A stretch of 32,000 bases of DNA, taken from Thermofilum pendens Hrk 5 (GTDB lineage Archaea; Thermoproteota; Thermoprotei; Thermofilales; Thermofilaceae). The notes beneath the pieces were generated by a model. It was not told the origin of the DNA. It was given only the letters and a program-made list of their open reading frames with translations, and did not search any database. The stretch covers positions 1,710,001-1,742,000 of the forward strand of contig NC_008698.1 in NCBI RefSeq assembly GCF_000015225.1. The letters run 5' to 3'. Both the position numbers and the translations under genes were made by a program. This document shows positions 24,341-32,000 of this stretch, in pieces; position 1 is the first letter of the stretch, and every line of letters starts with the position of its first letter.

Positions 24341-25297
24341 ATGAAGAAAACCCTCGTCATCCTGCTAGCCGTGGTAGCGGTAGCGCTGATCGCAGCGGCC
24401 ATCCTTGTCCCTCCGATGCTACGGCAAGCCGCTCCGGGAGTACAGGCCCAGCAACCCGGTAAGCGTGTAACGTTGCGGATCGCTACTACCACGAGCATGG
24501 ACGCCACGGGGCTTCTCGACGCAGTCAAAAAGAGGTTCGAGGCTAAGTACCCGTGGATCAACGTGACCTGGGTTGCCGTTGGGACGGGACAGGCAATAGA
24601 GATCGCGAAGAGGGGGGACGCGGACCTCGTAATAGTCCACAACAGGGACTTGGAGAACCAGTTCATAGCGCAGGGTTACGGCGTGCACGGGATTACGTTT
24701 GCCTACAACGACTTCGTTCTGCTAGGTCCCCCTGAGGACCCCGCAGGGGTTTCCGGCGCGGGAAGCGCGGTAGAGGCGTTCAAGAAGATATACGAGGCGG
24801 GGGTCGCGGGTAAGGCTGTCTTCGTGTCTAGGGGCGACAAGTCCGGGACGCACCTCAGGGAGCTCTCGATATGGAAGCAGGCTGGACTGAAGCCTCAGGG
24901 GCAGGCGTGGTACAAGGAGACGGGGCAGGGTATGAGCCAGACGCTGATGGTGGCGGACCAGCTAAACGCGTACACACTGAGCGACAGGTCTACTTACCTG
25001 GCGTTTAAGGATAAGATCCACCTCGTGATACTGCATCAGGGAGACCCGCTCTACCTGAACCTCTACCGCGCTATCCCGGTGAACCCCGAGAAATTCCCCC
25101 ACGTGCACTACAATGAGTCGCTACTCTTCGTGAAGTTCCTCGTATCACCCGAGGGGCAGTACCTCATAGGCACGTACCAGAGGGGCGGGGCTAAGCTCTT
25201 CAACGTGTGCTTCGGGAACCTCACGAAGCTTGGGATATACGACCCCTACGAGGAAGAGCAGGTAAAGTTCTACAAGAGCCTCTTGTCCCAGCCTTAA
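24341..25297 (+). CDS. tupA: Tungstate ABC transporter substrate-binding protein TupA
   Basis: Signal anchor, then the TupA hallmarks RIATTTSMDATGLLD (TTTS..D.GL), VGTGQAIEIAKRGDADLVIVH and VSRGDKSGTH. Confidence 0.9.
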   Translation: MKKTLVILLAVVAVALIAAAILVPPMLRQAAPGVQAQQPGKRVTLRIATTTSMDATGLLDAVKKRFEAKYPWINVTWVAVGTGQAIEIAKRGDADLVIVHNRDLENQFIAQGYGVHGITFAYNDFVLLGPPEDPAGVSGAGSAVEAFKKIYEAGVAGKAVFVSRGDKSGTHLRELSIWKQAGLKPQGQAWYKETGQGMSQTLMVADQLNAYTLSDRSTYLAFKDKIHLVILHQGDPLYLNLYRAIPVNPEKFPHVHYNESLLFVKFLVSPEGQYLIGTYQRGGAKLFNVCFGNLTKLGIYDPYEEEQVKFYKSLLSQP

Positions 25298-25336
25298 ACG
25301 CGAAACTCTTAAAGCCTTTTTCCGTGGTGCTCGGCG

Positions 25337-25993
25337 ATGGATGCAGGAGAGCTTGCCCAGATAACGTTGCTATCGCTGAGAGTCTCTCTAACCGCAGTCT
25401 CGCTGTCGACGCTGGTAGGGGTTTTCCTCGGGTCCCTCATAGCCACGTCCTCCTCTAAGTACAAGAACGCGCTCGTAACGCTCGTCAACACGTTCATGGG
25501 GACTCCGCCTGTACTCCTGGGGCTAGTGCTCTACCTACTGCTCTCAAGGTCGGGGCCGCTGGGGTTCCTCGGGATGCTCTTCACCCCGGAGGCCATGGTA
25601 CTAGCCCAGTTCCTGCTAACCCTCCCGATAATAACGGGGTTAACGATATCGGCTGTGGAGTCCCTTCCCAGCGAGCTCCGCGAGTTCGTGAAGTCCATCT
25701 CGCCGTCGAGGCTACACGAGTCGGTGCTCCTACTGAACGAGTCGAGGATAGGCGTGTTCGGAGCAGTGCTGGCTGCGCTGGCCCGCGCGGTGTCCGAGGT
25801 TGGAGCGGTGATAATAGTCGGCGGGAACATAAGGTACTACACAAGGGTGCTCACAACGGCTATAGTGTACTACACGAACACGGGAGAGTTCGAAACCTCG
25901 CTCTGGCTGGGAGCCACGCTTACAGCAATATACCTCGCGATAAACGTCGTGCTGGTGTACGTGAGGACCAGGCTGGGTGCCCGGAGTGATTAG
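25337..25993 (+). CDS. tupB: Tungstate ABC transporter permease TupB
   Basis: Five to six TM helices. SEVGAVIIVGGNIRYYTRVLTTAIVYYTNTGEFETSLWLG matches the TupB-type conserved loop. Follows tupA. Confidence 0.87.
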   Translation: MDAGELAQITLLSLRVSLTAVSLSTLVGVFLGSLIATSSSKYKNALVTLVNTFMGTPPVLLGLVLYLLLSRSGPLGFLGMLFTPEAMVLAQFLLTLPIITGLTISAVESLPSELREFVKSISPSRLHESVLLLNESRIGVFGAVLAALARAVSEVGAVIIVGGNIRYYTRVLTTAIVYYTNTGEFETSLWLGATLTAIYLAINVVLVYVRTRLGARSD

Positions 25994-26681
25994 AGCAGTA
26001 GACTTGGTAAAGTACCTCGGCGGCATCCAGGTGGTGAGGGGGGTCAGCCTAGACGTCGAGAGGAGCAGGATAACGGTGATCATGGGCCCCAACGGCTCCG
26101 GGAAGACTACGCTCCTACGCATGCTGGGGCTCCTCCTGCCGCCCGACGGCGGCCTCCTCGAGATGGACGGGGTAAACCTGTTAAGCCTCGACGAGGAGGG
26201 CAGGAGGGGCTTCCTCAGGCGGGTCGCCTTCGTCCCGCAGAAACCCGTAGTGCTGACCGCGAACGTGTACAGGAACATAGCGATACCCCTGAGGCTGAGG
26301 GGGCTTGACCCGAGAACCGCCGACGCCGAGGCTTGGCGCTGGCTGAAGGAGGTGAACCTTGAGAAACACGCCTGGAAGAGCGCGCACTCCCTCTCGGGCG
26401 GCGAGAGACAGCTACTCGCCTTGGCGAGGGCTCTCGCACTTTCGCCCGACGTCCTGCTACTCGACGAGCCAACGTCGCACCTCGACCCCAAGAACGCCGC
26501 TTTCATCCAGCGACTGGTGAAGGAGTACGTGTCCGAGAGGGGCATCCACTGCGTCGTAGTCTCCCACAACGTTAGGGAGGCGAAGTTCCTGGCGGACGAA
26601 ATCCTCGTCATGGTCTCCGGGAGGATTAAAGCGAGGTACGGCCCCGACGCCCCCGAAAGCGAGCTACTGAAGTGGATATAG
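25977..26681 (+). CDS. tupC: Tungstate ABC transporter ATP-binding protein TupC
   Basis: Walker A GPNGSGKTT, signature LSGGERQLLALARAL, Walker B LLLDEPTSHLD, H-loop VSHN. 17-nt overlap with tupB. Confidence 0.92.
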   Translation: MPGVIRAVDLVKYLGGIQVVRGVSLDVERSRITVIMGPNGSGKTTLLRMLGLLLPPDGGLLEMDGVNLLSLDEEGRRGFLRRVAFVPQKPVVLTANVYRNIAIPLRLRGLDPRTADAEAWRWLKEVNLEKHAWKSAHSLSGGERQLLALARALALSPDVLLLDEPTSHLDPKNAAFIQRLVKEYVSERGIHCVVVSHNVREAKFLADEILVMVSGRIKARYGPDAPESELLKWI

Positions 26682-26726
26682 CGCAAGCCCCACAAGTTCG
26701 CGCTACGAATAATTAGGGGGTACGCG

Positions 26727-27797
26727 TTGCCGGTAAGCGTGGGAGTAGAGGAGGAGCTGTCAAAAGTTCTGGGCTCAACGCGCTTAGCAGTCAGCGTCGA
26801 GCTCATGGTAAACGGTGAGAGAGTCGGAGCCGAAGACGTTGCCGTACTCCGCGCCCTCCAGTCTACGGGCTCTCTTCTAGCCGCATCCGAGGCTTTAGGG
26901 GTTAACTACAGGGTTCTTTGGAGCAGGGTGAGTAACCTCGAGAGGAGGCTCGGGGTACAGCTCGTTAGGAGGACGCGCGGCGGGCTCGGCGGCGGGAGGG
27001 TGATGCTGACGGCGACCGCGCAGCTTCTCGTAGAGCGGTTCCGCGTAGCCGAGAGGAAAGCTTCGAGAATGCGGCTAGGCGAGGCTCTTGGGGCGGAGCT
27101 GAGGATATACGGGAGCGACTGCCCCGGCGTGGAGGTCGCGGCCTCGCTCCTAGAGGAGAGGGGCGTCTTCGCCGAGTACCTGCGCGTCGGGTCTATCGCT
27201 GGCCTCGACCTGCTGAAGAGGGGGTACTGCCACCTGGCCGGCGTACACGTAGTCGACCCAGAGACGGGGAGGTACAACGAGGTCGTAGTTAGGGAGGGGT
27301 TAGCGCTTATACGCGGCTACTGGCGCGAGATAGGCTTCATGGTGCTACCTGGAAATCCCAAGAACATCTACTCGCCCGCCGACCTGCTTAGACGCAACGT
27401 GGTGCTCGCAAACAGGAACCGTGGGAGCGGGTCCTACGTCCTACTCGAGAAGCTCTTAAAGGATCTTTCCTCGTCGCTCGGCGTCCCGGTGCAAGCCTTG
27501 AAGAGGAGGATAAGGGGCTTCGAGACGGAGTACATCTCGCACGGGGAGGCGGGGCTCGCCGTGCTGAACGGGAAGGCTGACGTAGCCATAGGGCCGAGGT
27601 GGACTGCGCGTCAACTAGGGTTGGATTTCGTGCCGCTGGCCAAGGAGAGGTTCGACTTCGCCACACGGAGAGAGCTCCTCAAAGACGAGAACGTTGAAAC
27701 ATTCGTAGAGGTCTTAAGGTCGAAGGAGTTCGCGGAGAAAGCCGCGAGCGTCGGGCTCGCGGTAGACGAGGAAACAGGGAAGGTGCTTGTACCCTGA
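26727..27797 (+). CDS. Transcriptional regulator: ModE-type N-terminal HTH fused to a periplasmic-binding-protein-like oxyanion-sensing domain
   Basis: VLRALQSTGSLLAASEALGVNYRVLWSRVSNLERRLGVQLVRRTRGGLGGGRVMLT matches the ModE N-terminal HTH (compare E. coli ModE SGSISQGAKDAGISYKSAW...ERATGGKGGGGAVLT). The ~240-aa C-terminal domain is PBP-like. Lies directly after tupC. Start is TTG at 26727 or GTG at 26739. Confidence 0.78.
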   Translation: MPVSVGVEEELSKVLGSTRLAVSVELMVNGERVGAEDVAVLRALQSTGSLLAASEALGVNYRVLWSRVSNLERRLGVQLVRRTRGGLGGGRVMLTATAQLLVERFRVAERKASRMRLGEALGAELRIYGSDCPGVEVAASLLEERGVFAEYLRVGSIAGLDLLKRGYCHLAGVHVVDPETGRYNEVVVREGLALIRGYWREIGFMVLPGNPKNIYSPADLLRRNVVLANRNRGSGSYVLLEKLLKDLSSSLGVPVQALKRRIRGFETEYISHGEAGLAVLNGKADVAIGPRWTARQLGLDFVPLAKERFDFATRRELLKDENVETFVEVLRSKEFAEKAASVGLAVDEETGKVLVP

Positions 27798-27837
27798 AGG
27801 GACTAAGTTTTTAAGCGTCGACGCGTAGTGGCGAGGC

Positions 27838-28359
27838 GTGAACGCGAAGAGTCTGTCGGTAGCCGCAGTCCTGGGGGCGCTCTACGCCGCGCTTGTCATA
27901 GTGCTACAGCCCATATCGTTCCTAGCTTTCCAAGTGAGGCTGGCAGACGCACTGCTCCCGCTCTCCATGGTTCTCGGAGTCCCAGCCGCGGTTGGCGTGA
28001 GCGTTGGATGCTTCTTCGGAAACCTCGTAGCCGCTCCCTGGGGGAGCCTCGCTCTGGGGCTCTTCGACGCGGTGTTCGGTTCGCTCGCTAACTTCGCGGC
28101 GTCGTACCTGGCGTACATCGTGGCGTACAACAAGGGGAGGCGCGCGAAACTAGCGGGGGCTGTTCTAGAGGCAGTCGTTGTAAGTGGGATCGTGGGGTTC
28201 TACCTCAAGTACCTACTGCTGTGGGCAATGGGCGTCGATATGCCCTTGGAAGCCGTCTTCCTGGGAGTCTTGGCGGGCTCGGTGGTGTCTATAATCGCCA
28301 TAGGATACCCCCTGGCAATCCTCGTAGAAAAGCCCTTGAAGAACCTCGTAAAGGAATGA
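27838..28359 (+). CDS. queT: QueT-like transporter (queuosine-precursor ECF S-component family)
   Basis: Five-TM 173-aa protein. AAVLGALYAALVIVLQPISFLAFQVRLADALLPLS and FDAVFGSLANFAASYLAY resemble QueT conserved blocks. GTG start with the TATA AAGTTTTTAAGCG 21-32 nt upstream. Confidence 0.65.
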   Translation: MNAKSLSVAAVLGALYAALVIVLQPISFLAFQVRLADALLPLSMVLGVPAAVGVSVGCFFGNLVAAPWGSLALGLFDAVFGSLANFAASYLAYIVAYNKGRRAKLAGAVLEAVVVSGIVGFYLKYLLLWAMGVDMPLEAVFLGVLAGSVVSIIAIGYPLAILVEKPLKNLVKE

Positions 28360-28419
28360 CCTTAAGAACATAGAGAGCATACTAAACGTTTATATTTTAG
28401 GCTTGGAGTTAAACATGCT

Positions 28420-29079
28420 ATGCAGAAAATGGATCCTGGGTCGATAATTTCGAAAAGTATAGACTTCTCCGGGAAGCTGATAAAGGATCCTGGCAACCTT
28501 CTACTCTTAATCGTGCTGAGCATAGTGCCGATCATAAACTTCATCGTGATAGGCTACTTCGTGTACGTGGTTAGGCACGACTTAGAGGAGCCGCCCAAGC
28601 TGGATACCTCTAAGCTCGGGGACTACTTCGTGGAGGGGCTCAAGGTGTTCCTCGCGTCACTGATAATCCTCGTACCCGTGCTCATCCTAGGCGTGCTCGC
28701 AGGACTCGTAGCGGGGCTCGCTTACCCCCTCGGCGCCTTCCCGTTTTACTTCCACAGGGCTTTCGTGCTGGCGCTTTTCATACCTGTTCTCTTCGTGGCT
28801 CTCGCGATAGCCTTCATTGCCGTGCCGCTTCTCGCCATAGTGATGAGGACCGGGGACCTCTCCAAGATCCTCGCGTTTCAGGAGGCGTTAAGCCTCATTC
28901 AGTCCTACGGGCTCGTAGACTACGCGGTGCTATTCCTCGTACTCGTGGTCGTAGGCTTCCTGCCGTACTACGTGCACTGGTTGCTGGGAGCAATCCTCGC
29001 GCCGTTCATCTACGCCTTCACATTCAAGGCGCTCTCGCTACTCGTGAATATCAAGTACCCGGCTAAGCCCGCATCCTAG
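28420..29079 (+). CDS. DUF4013-like integral membrane protein
   Basis: N-terminal pattern NLLLLIVLSIVPIINFIVIGYFVYVVR followed by four to five TMs, as in DUF4013. TATA TTTATATTTTA lies about 30 nt upstream of the ATG (leaderless). Confidence 0.65.
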   Translation: MQKMDPGSIISKSIDFSGKLIKDPGNLLLLIVLSIVPIINFIVIGYFVYVVRHDLEEPPKLDTSKLGDYFVEGLKVFLASLIILVPVLILGVLAGLVAGLAYPLGAFPFYFHRAFVLALFIPVLFVALAIAFIAVPLLAIVMRTGDLSKILAFQEALSLIQSYGLVDYAVLFLVLVVVGFLPYYVHWLLGAILAPFIYAFTFKALSLLVNIKYPAKPAS

Positions 29080-29408
29080 GTAGCTTCCTCCTCCGCGGAG
29101 ACGTCCTTAGGTAGAAGCGAACCGTACAGTTTTTTGAGAAACTCGATCCTAAACTTTACCCTCCTTACACGGAGTCTGCGTAGCTTATCCCAGAAACTCT
29201 CGCCGCCCACGAACACTGTAGCGGTGAACCCGTATATATGTGCGCGCTCAGATACCCCAGGATGCGATCACCAGTCACGTTGGCATGACTTTCATCATCC
29301 GCTTTTCCTACCTTTTCGCGGGCTTAAATACATTCTCTCTTCGATTCCGCAAACCCTCGCGTGATAACAAGGAATATATGCGCGTAACCCCGGTAGGGTT
29401 CAGAGAGG

Positions 29409-30155
29409 ATGCGCGGCGAGAGAGTGCTCGTTAAGCCCTTGGAGGCTGGGTGGGTGCCTGCTTACCTTCGAGGAGTAGCCGTGGTTCTCGTGGGGCTACT
29501 CTCGGCTTTGAAGTACGAGTTCTGGGTTGCCCCTCTAGCCTACCTCGGGGCTGAGGCACTGGCGGTAGGCGGCGTGTCGAGGTTTGAGAGGGTAGCGGTC
29601 GGGGTGTTCTACGCCCTGCTCTCCGCTTTGTGGCTTGCAGGTGTGCAGGCGGCGCCGGCGCTGTCCGGGATAGTGCTTGCCTTCGCGGGGCTTCTCTACC
29701 TAGCGTTGCTGGAAGCCGAGGTTAAGAGCGCTGTCTACGTGCTGACTAGAGACGAGTTGGTCCTGCCTTTCTCGGACGTCGAGAACCTGGTATTCAAGGA
29801 GCGCAGAGTGAGGGTGGGCTCCCGGAAGGTAATCCTCAGGGTTCGAAGGCCGTTCTGGAGCAGGCTCCTAGGAAAACGCTTCGAAGAGGTGGAGGTGGCG
29901 GCGGAGGAGGGTGTGGTGCGGCTCAGAGGGATTCCGGACGGCAACAGAGTGGCGCAACTCATCGAGGAGAGAGCCGGCCGTAGGCGCACCTTGAGGAGCA
30001 CCGCTACCCGCGCGAAGCCCCGGGAACAGCGCGGCAGCCTCCAAGGCTACCTCGGGGTGACCGACGGGAGCCCTGGGAGGCCGGAGGAGCCCCCGAGAAA
30101 GGGTAACAGTGAAATACTCCACAGGAAAAACCTTATCGACGACCTGTTACCCTGA
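29409..30155 (+). CDS. Membrane protein with three to four N-terminal TMs, a PH-like (bPH/YdbS-type) cytoplasmic domain and a disordered basic tail
   Basis: Hydrophobic N-terminal ~100 aa. AVYVLTRDELVL...SRLLGKRFEEVEV...VRLRGIPDGNRVAQLIEE resembles the bacterial PH-domain pattern (Y.LT..RL...), a low-certainty assignment. TATA AATATATG lies about 30 nt upstream. Ends 11 nt before the next gene. Confidence 0.6.
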   Translation: MRGERVLVKPLEAGWVPAYLRGVAVVLVGLLSALKYEFWVAPLAYLGAEALAVGGVSRFERVAVGVFYALLSALWLAGVQAAPALSGIVLAFAGLLYLALLEAEVKSAVYVLTRDELVLPFSDVENLVFKERRVRVGSRKVILRVRRPFWSRLLGKRFEEVEVAAEEGVVRLRGIPDGNRVAQLIEERAGRRRTLRSTATRAKPREQRGSLQGYLGVTDGSPGRPEEPPRKGNSEILHRKNLIDDLLP

Positions 30156-30166
30156 GGTGTAGCTAC

Positions 30167-31576
30167 TTGGCCGGCAGCCTCGACGAGAAGGTTAAGAGTA
30201 TATTCGGCATGGTGGCTATAAACAAGGCCGTTGCGAACAACGTGGCTATTTCCCGCGTGCCTAGGTTCATCTCCGAGTACTTGATAAACTTCAAGTGCGG
30301 GGAGAGCCAGGACGCCGAGTGCGTTTCGAGGTTGTCGAGGTACATAAGCGAGCTCTACCCTGATCCCTCCGACAGGGAGCTCTTCCTGAGCAGGCTGAAG
30401 GAGAGGGGCTCCCTGAAGCTTCTCGACGAGTTCAAGGTTAGGGTAGACCTCAAGAGAAACACGTACCTACTGGAGATCCCCTCTCTGCAGATAGCCGACG
30501 CCTTCGTAAACGAGGATATAGTGAGGGAGAATGCGAGGCTTTTCTCCGGGCTGTGGGGGGTCGGGCTCCTCTACTACAAGCCTGAGCTCTCGAGAAGCAA
30601 GAACAGAACCCCCGTCGTGCTACACGACTACAGGCCCTTCCAGGCGTCCTACGTGGATCTCAAGCTGTTCGTGGAGAGCCGGTCTAAGTTCACGTTCGAG
30701 GAATGGGTAGACCTGCTGGTCACGAGCATAGGGCTAAACCCCAAGGCGTACACGCTTGGGCAGAGGCTACTCCTACTGTCCAGGCTGATCCCCGTCGCGG
30801 AGCCAAACGTGAACATCCTGGAGCTAGGGCCCAGGGCTACGGGTAAGACCTCGCTGTACCGCAACGTGGCCTACTACTCGAGGATCTACGCCGGGGGGAC
30901 TATAACCCCGGCGAGGCTGTTCTTCGACGCCAGGCTATCCGTACCAGGGGACCTGGCGCTACACGACGTGATAGTATTCGACGAGATAAGCCGGGTAAGG
31001 CTTTCGAACCCCGACGAGCTCGTAGCCAAGCTGAAGGACTATATGGTCGACGGCTTCTTCGAGCGCGGAGCCCTCAAGAGAGCCCACAGCACCTGCTCGC
31101 TGGTATTCCTCGGAAACGTCGACGTGGAGAGAATAGCGGACCCGAGCCACATCCTCGAGTACCTTCCAAGCTTCATGAGGGACTCGGCATTCCTGGACAG
31201 AATCCACGGGTTTATCCCCGGGTGGAGGTTGCCGAAGATTATGAGGAGCGAGGAGTCCCTCGCGAGCGGCTACGGGCTAGCCTCAGACTACCTAGCGGAG
31301 GTGTTGCACAGGCTCCGAGACGTAGCCGCCGAGAGCGTGGTAGCCGACCATGTGGAGTTCGTCGGGAAGTACACCATCAGGGACGAGAAAGCCGTGAAGC
31401 GCCTACTCTCGGGAGCCGTGAAGATACTCTTCCCGAACTTCGAGTTCGACAACGCGGAGCTTGCGAGGGTGGCTAGGGGCATAGTAGGGCTTAGAAACAA
31501 CGTGTCTAGACTGCTGACAGCCATCTCGCCCTCCGAGTTCCCCCCGAAAAAGCTCGAAGTAAAGGTTAGAGGGTAA
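30167..31576 (+). CDS. BrxL-like AAA+ ATPase (short ~470-aa form lacking the C-terminal Lon protease domain)
   Basis: Collinear with the BrxL N-terminal/ATPase region as I recall it: LDEKVKSIFG...VPRFISEYLI, Walker A ELGPRATGKTSLY, Walker B VIVFDEISRV, FLDRIHGFIPGWRLPKI, and YGLASDYLAEVL. TTG start preceded by the SD-like GAGGTG 7 nt upstream. 469 aa against about 680 aa for full BrxL. Confidence 0.78.
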   Translation: MAGSLDEKVKSIFGMVAINKAVANNVAISRVPRFISEYLINFKCGESQDAECVSRLSRYISELYPDPSDRELFLSRLKERGSLKLLDEFKVRVDLKRNTYLLEIPSLQIADAFVNEDIVRENARLFSGLWGVGLLYYKPELSRSKNRTPVVLHDYRPFQASYVDLKLFVESRSKFTFEEWVDLLVTSIGLNPKAYTLGQRLLLLSRLIPVAEPNVNILELGPRATGKTSLYRNVAYYSRIYAGGTITPARLFFDARLSVPGDLALHDVIVFDEISRVRLSNPDELVAKLKDYMVDGFFERGALKRAHSTCSLVFLGNVDVERIADPSHILEYLPSFMRDSAFLDRIHGFIPGWRLPKIMRSEESLASGYGLASDYLAEVLHRLRDVAAESVVADHVEFVGKYTIRDEKAVKRLLSGAVKILFPNFEFDNAELARVARGIVGLRNNVSRLLTAISPSEFPPKKLEVKVRG

Positions 31577-31584
31577 AAAGGGAC

Positions 31585-31989
31585 CTATTTCTTCTGGGAA
31601 GCCCTCCCCAAGGCCTTGAGAACCTCTATCGCGACTCCTAGGCCTCTTTGAACCTCGGGGTCGGACAAAGCTCGGAGTAGCCCGGCTAGCCCCACGGGCT
31701 TCGGCTCTTTTTGAAGCGCCTCTAGGACTGCCTTCAGAGTCCCCACGTTGCTCTTAACGGCGTCCACGTCTACTTCGCCCAGTAGGCCCACCAGCTCGTC
31801 TACGCGGTCTAGCAACTTCAGGGTGGAAGGCGTTATCAGTATCTCGGCGAGCCTACCTATGAGCTCCGGGTCCACAAGCCCGTTAACAGCGTCCAGCAAC
31901 CCGTACTCGTCCAGCTTCACCAGCGTGTCCAGGAACTTCTCGAAGGCCGCCCTCCTCTCCGGCGTGAACAGCTCTTCCACTCCTACCAC
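31585..31989 (-). CDS. DUF1641-like small helical protein
   Basis: 134-aa ORF. LDTLVKLDEYGLLDAVNGLV...LKLLDRVDELVGLL...LLRALSDPEVQRGLGVAIEVLKALG resembles the DUF1641 pattern. GTG start close to the window edge, so the true N-terminus may lie beyond it. Confidence 0.5.
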   Translation of the reverse strand: MVGVEELFTPERRAAFEKFLDTLVKLDEYGLLDAVNGLVDPELIGRLAEILITPSTLKLLDRVDELVGLLGEVDVDAVKSNVGTLKAVLEALQKEPKPVGLAGLLRALSDPEVQRGLGVAIEVLKALGRASQKK

Positions 31990-32000
31990 CCCTCCCCCCT

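Noticed and set aside
25730-26806. 358-aa minus-strand ORF, the longest unexplained ORF in the track
   Set aside because: It lies entirely antisense to tupB/tupC, which have unmistakable ABC motifs. Its sequence is low-complexity, S/R/P/T-rich, and typical of a shadow ORF in high-GC DNA.
28840-28846. Perfect C-box GTGATGA on the plus strand
   Set aside because: It lies inside the DUF4013 coding sequence, with no D', C' or D box at any sensible spacing.
1-32000. Search for CRISPR arrays, tRNA/rRNA genes, IS elements, integrases and direct-repeat-bounded islands
   Set aside because: No regularly spaced repeats, no cloverleaf-capable intergenic region (the largest gap is 329 nt) and no transposase or integrase motif were seen. 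The only exact long repeat found by eye is the 14-mer promoter core reported above.

Overview
High-GC archaeal chromosomal segment, by inference from a hyperthermophilic crenarchaeon (Desulfurococcales-like). Supporting signs: tightly packed genes, A/T-rich TATA boxes about 22-35 nt upstream of mostly leaderless starts, frequent GTG/TTG starts, AGG/CTC/GAG codon bias, and archaea-specific content (Nre, C/D box sRNAs). I call 32 protein genes, two reasonably supported C/D box sRNAs absent from the ORF track, one weak third candidate, several promoters and one bidirectional oligo-T terminator. I saw no rRNA, tRNA, CRISPR array, transposase or integrase. Recognisable content: SDR oxidoreductase; a 1111-aa membrane-anchored surface glycoprotein with a gluzincin-like HExxH domain; a THUMP/SPOUT-like RNA methyltransferase; a MacB/FtsX-type ABC pair next to a coiled-coil ectoprotein; a class I methyltransferase; a short GT35 alpha-glucan phosphorylase; a ZIP transporter; an Nre plus radical-SAM (SplB-like) operon; SWIM, GNAT and GDPD proteins; a secreted ATPase-less Lon (S16) protease; a NapG/NapH-like ferredoxin pair; Mpg glycosylase; an ATP-cone protein; tupABC with a ModE-N/PBP-like regulator; QueT; DUF4013; and DUF1641. 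Best candidates for something undescribed: (1) a two-gene module at 29409-31576 pairing a membrane PH-like protein with a BrxL-like AAA+ ATPase that lacks both the Lon domain and any visible BREX partner; (2) the ABC pair plus coiled-coil ectoprotein at 5551-9968, whose ATPase tail and ectoprotein cytoplasmic tail share a C-terminal motif, an FtsEX-EnvC-like logic; (3) the overlapping Nre/radical-SAM pair. All product calls rest on motif recognition by eye; no database search was run.
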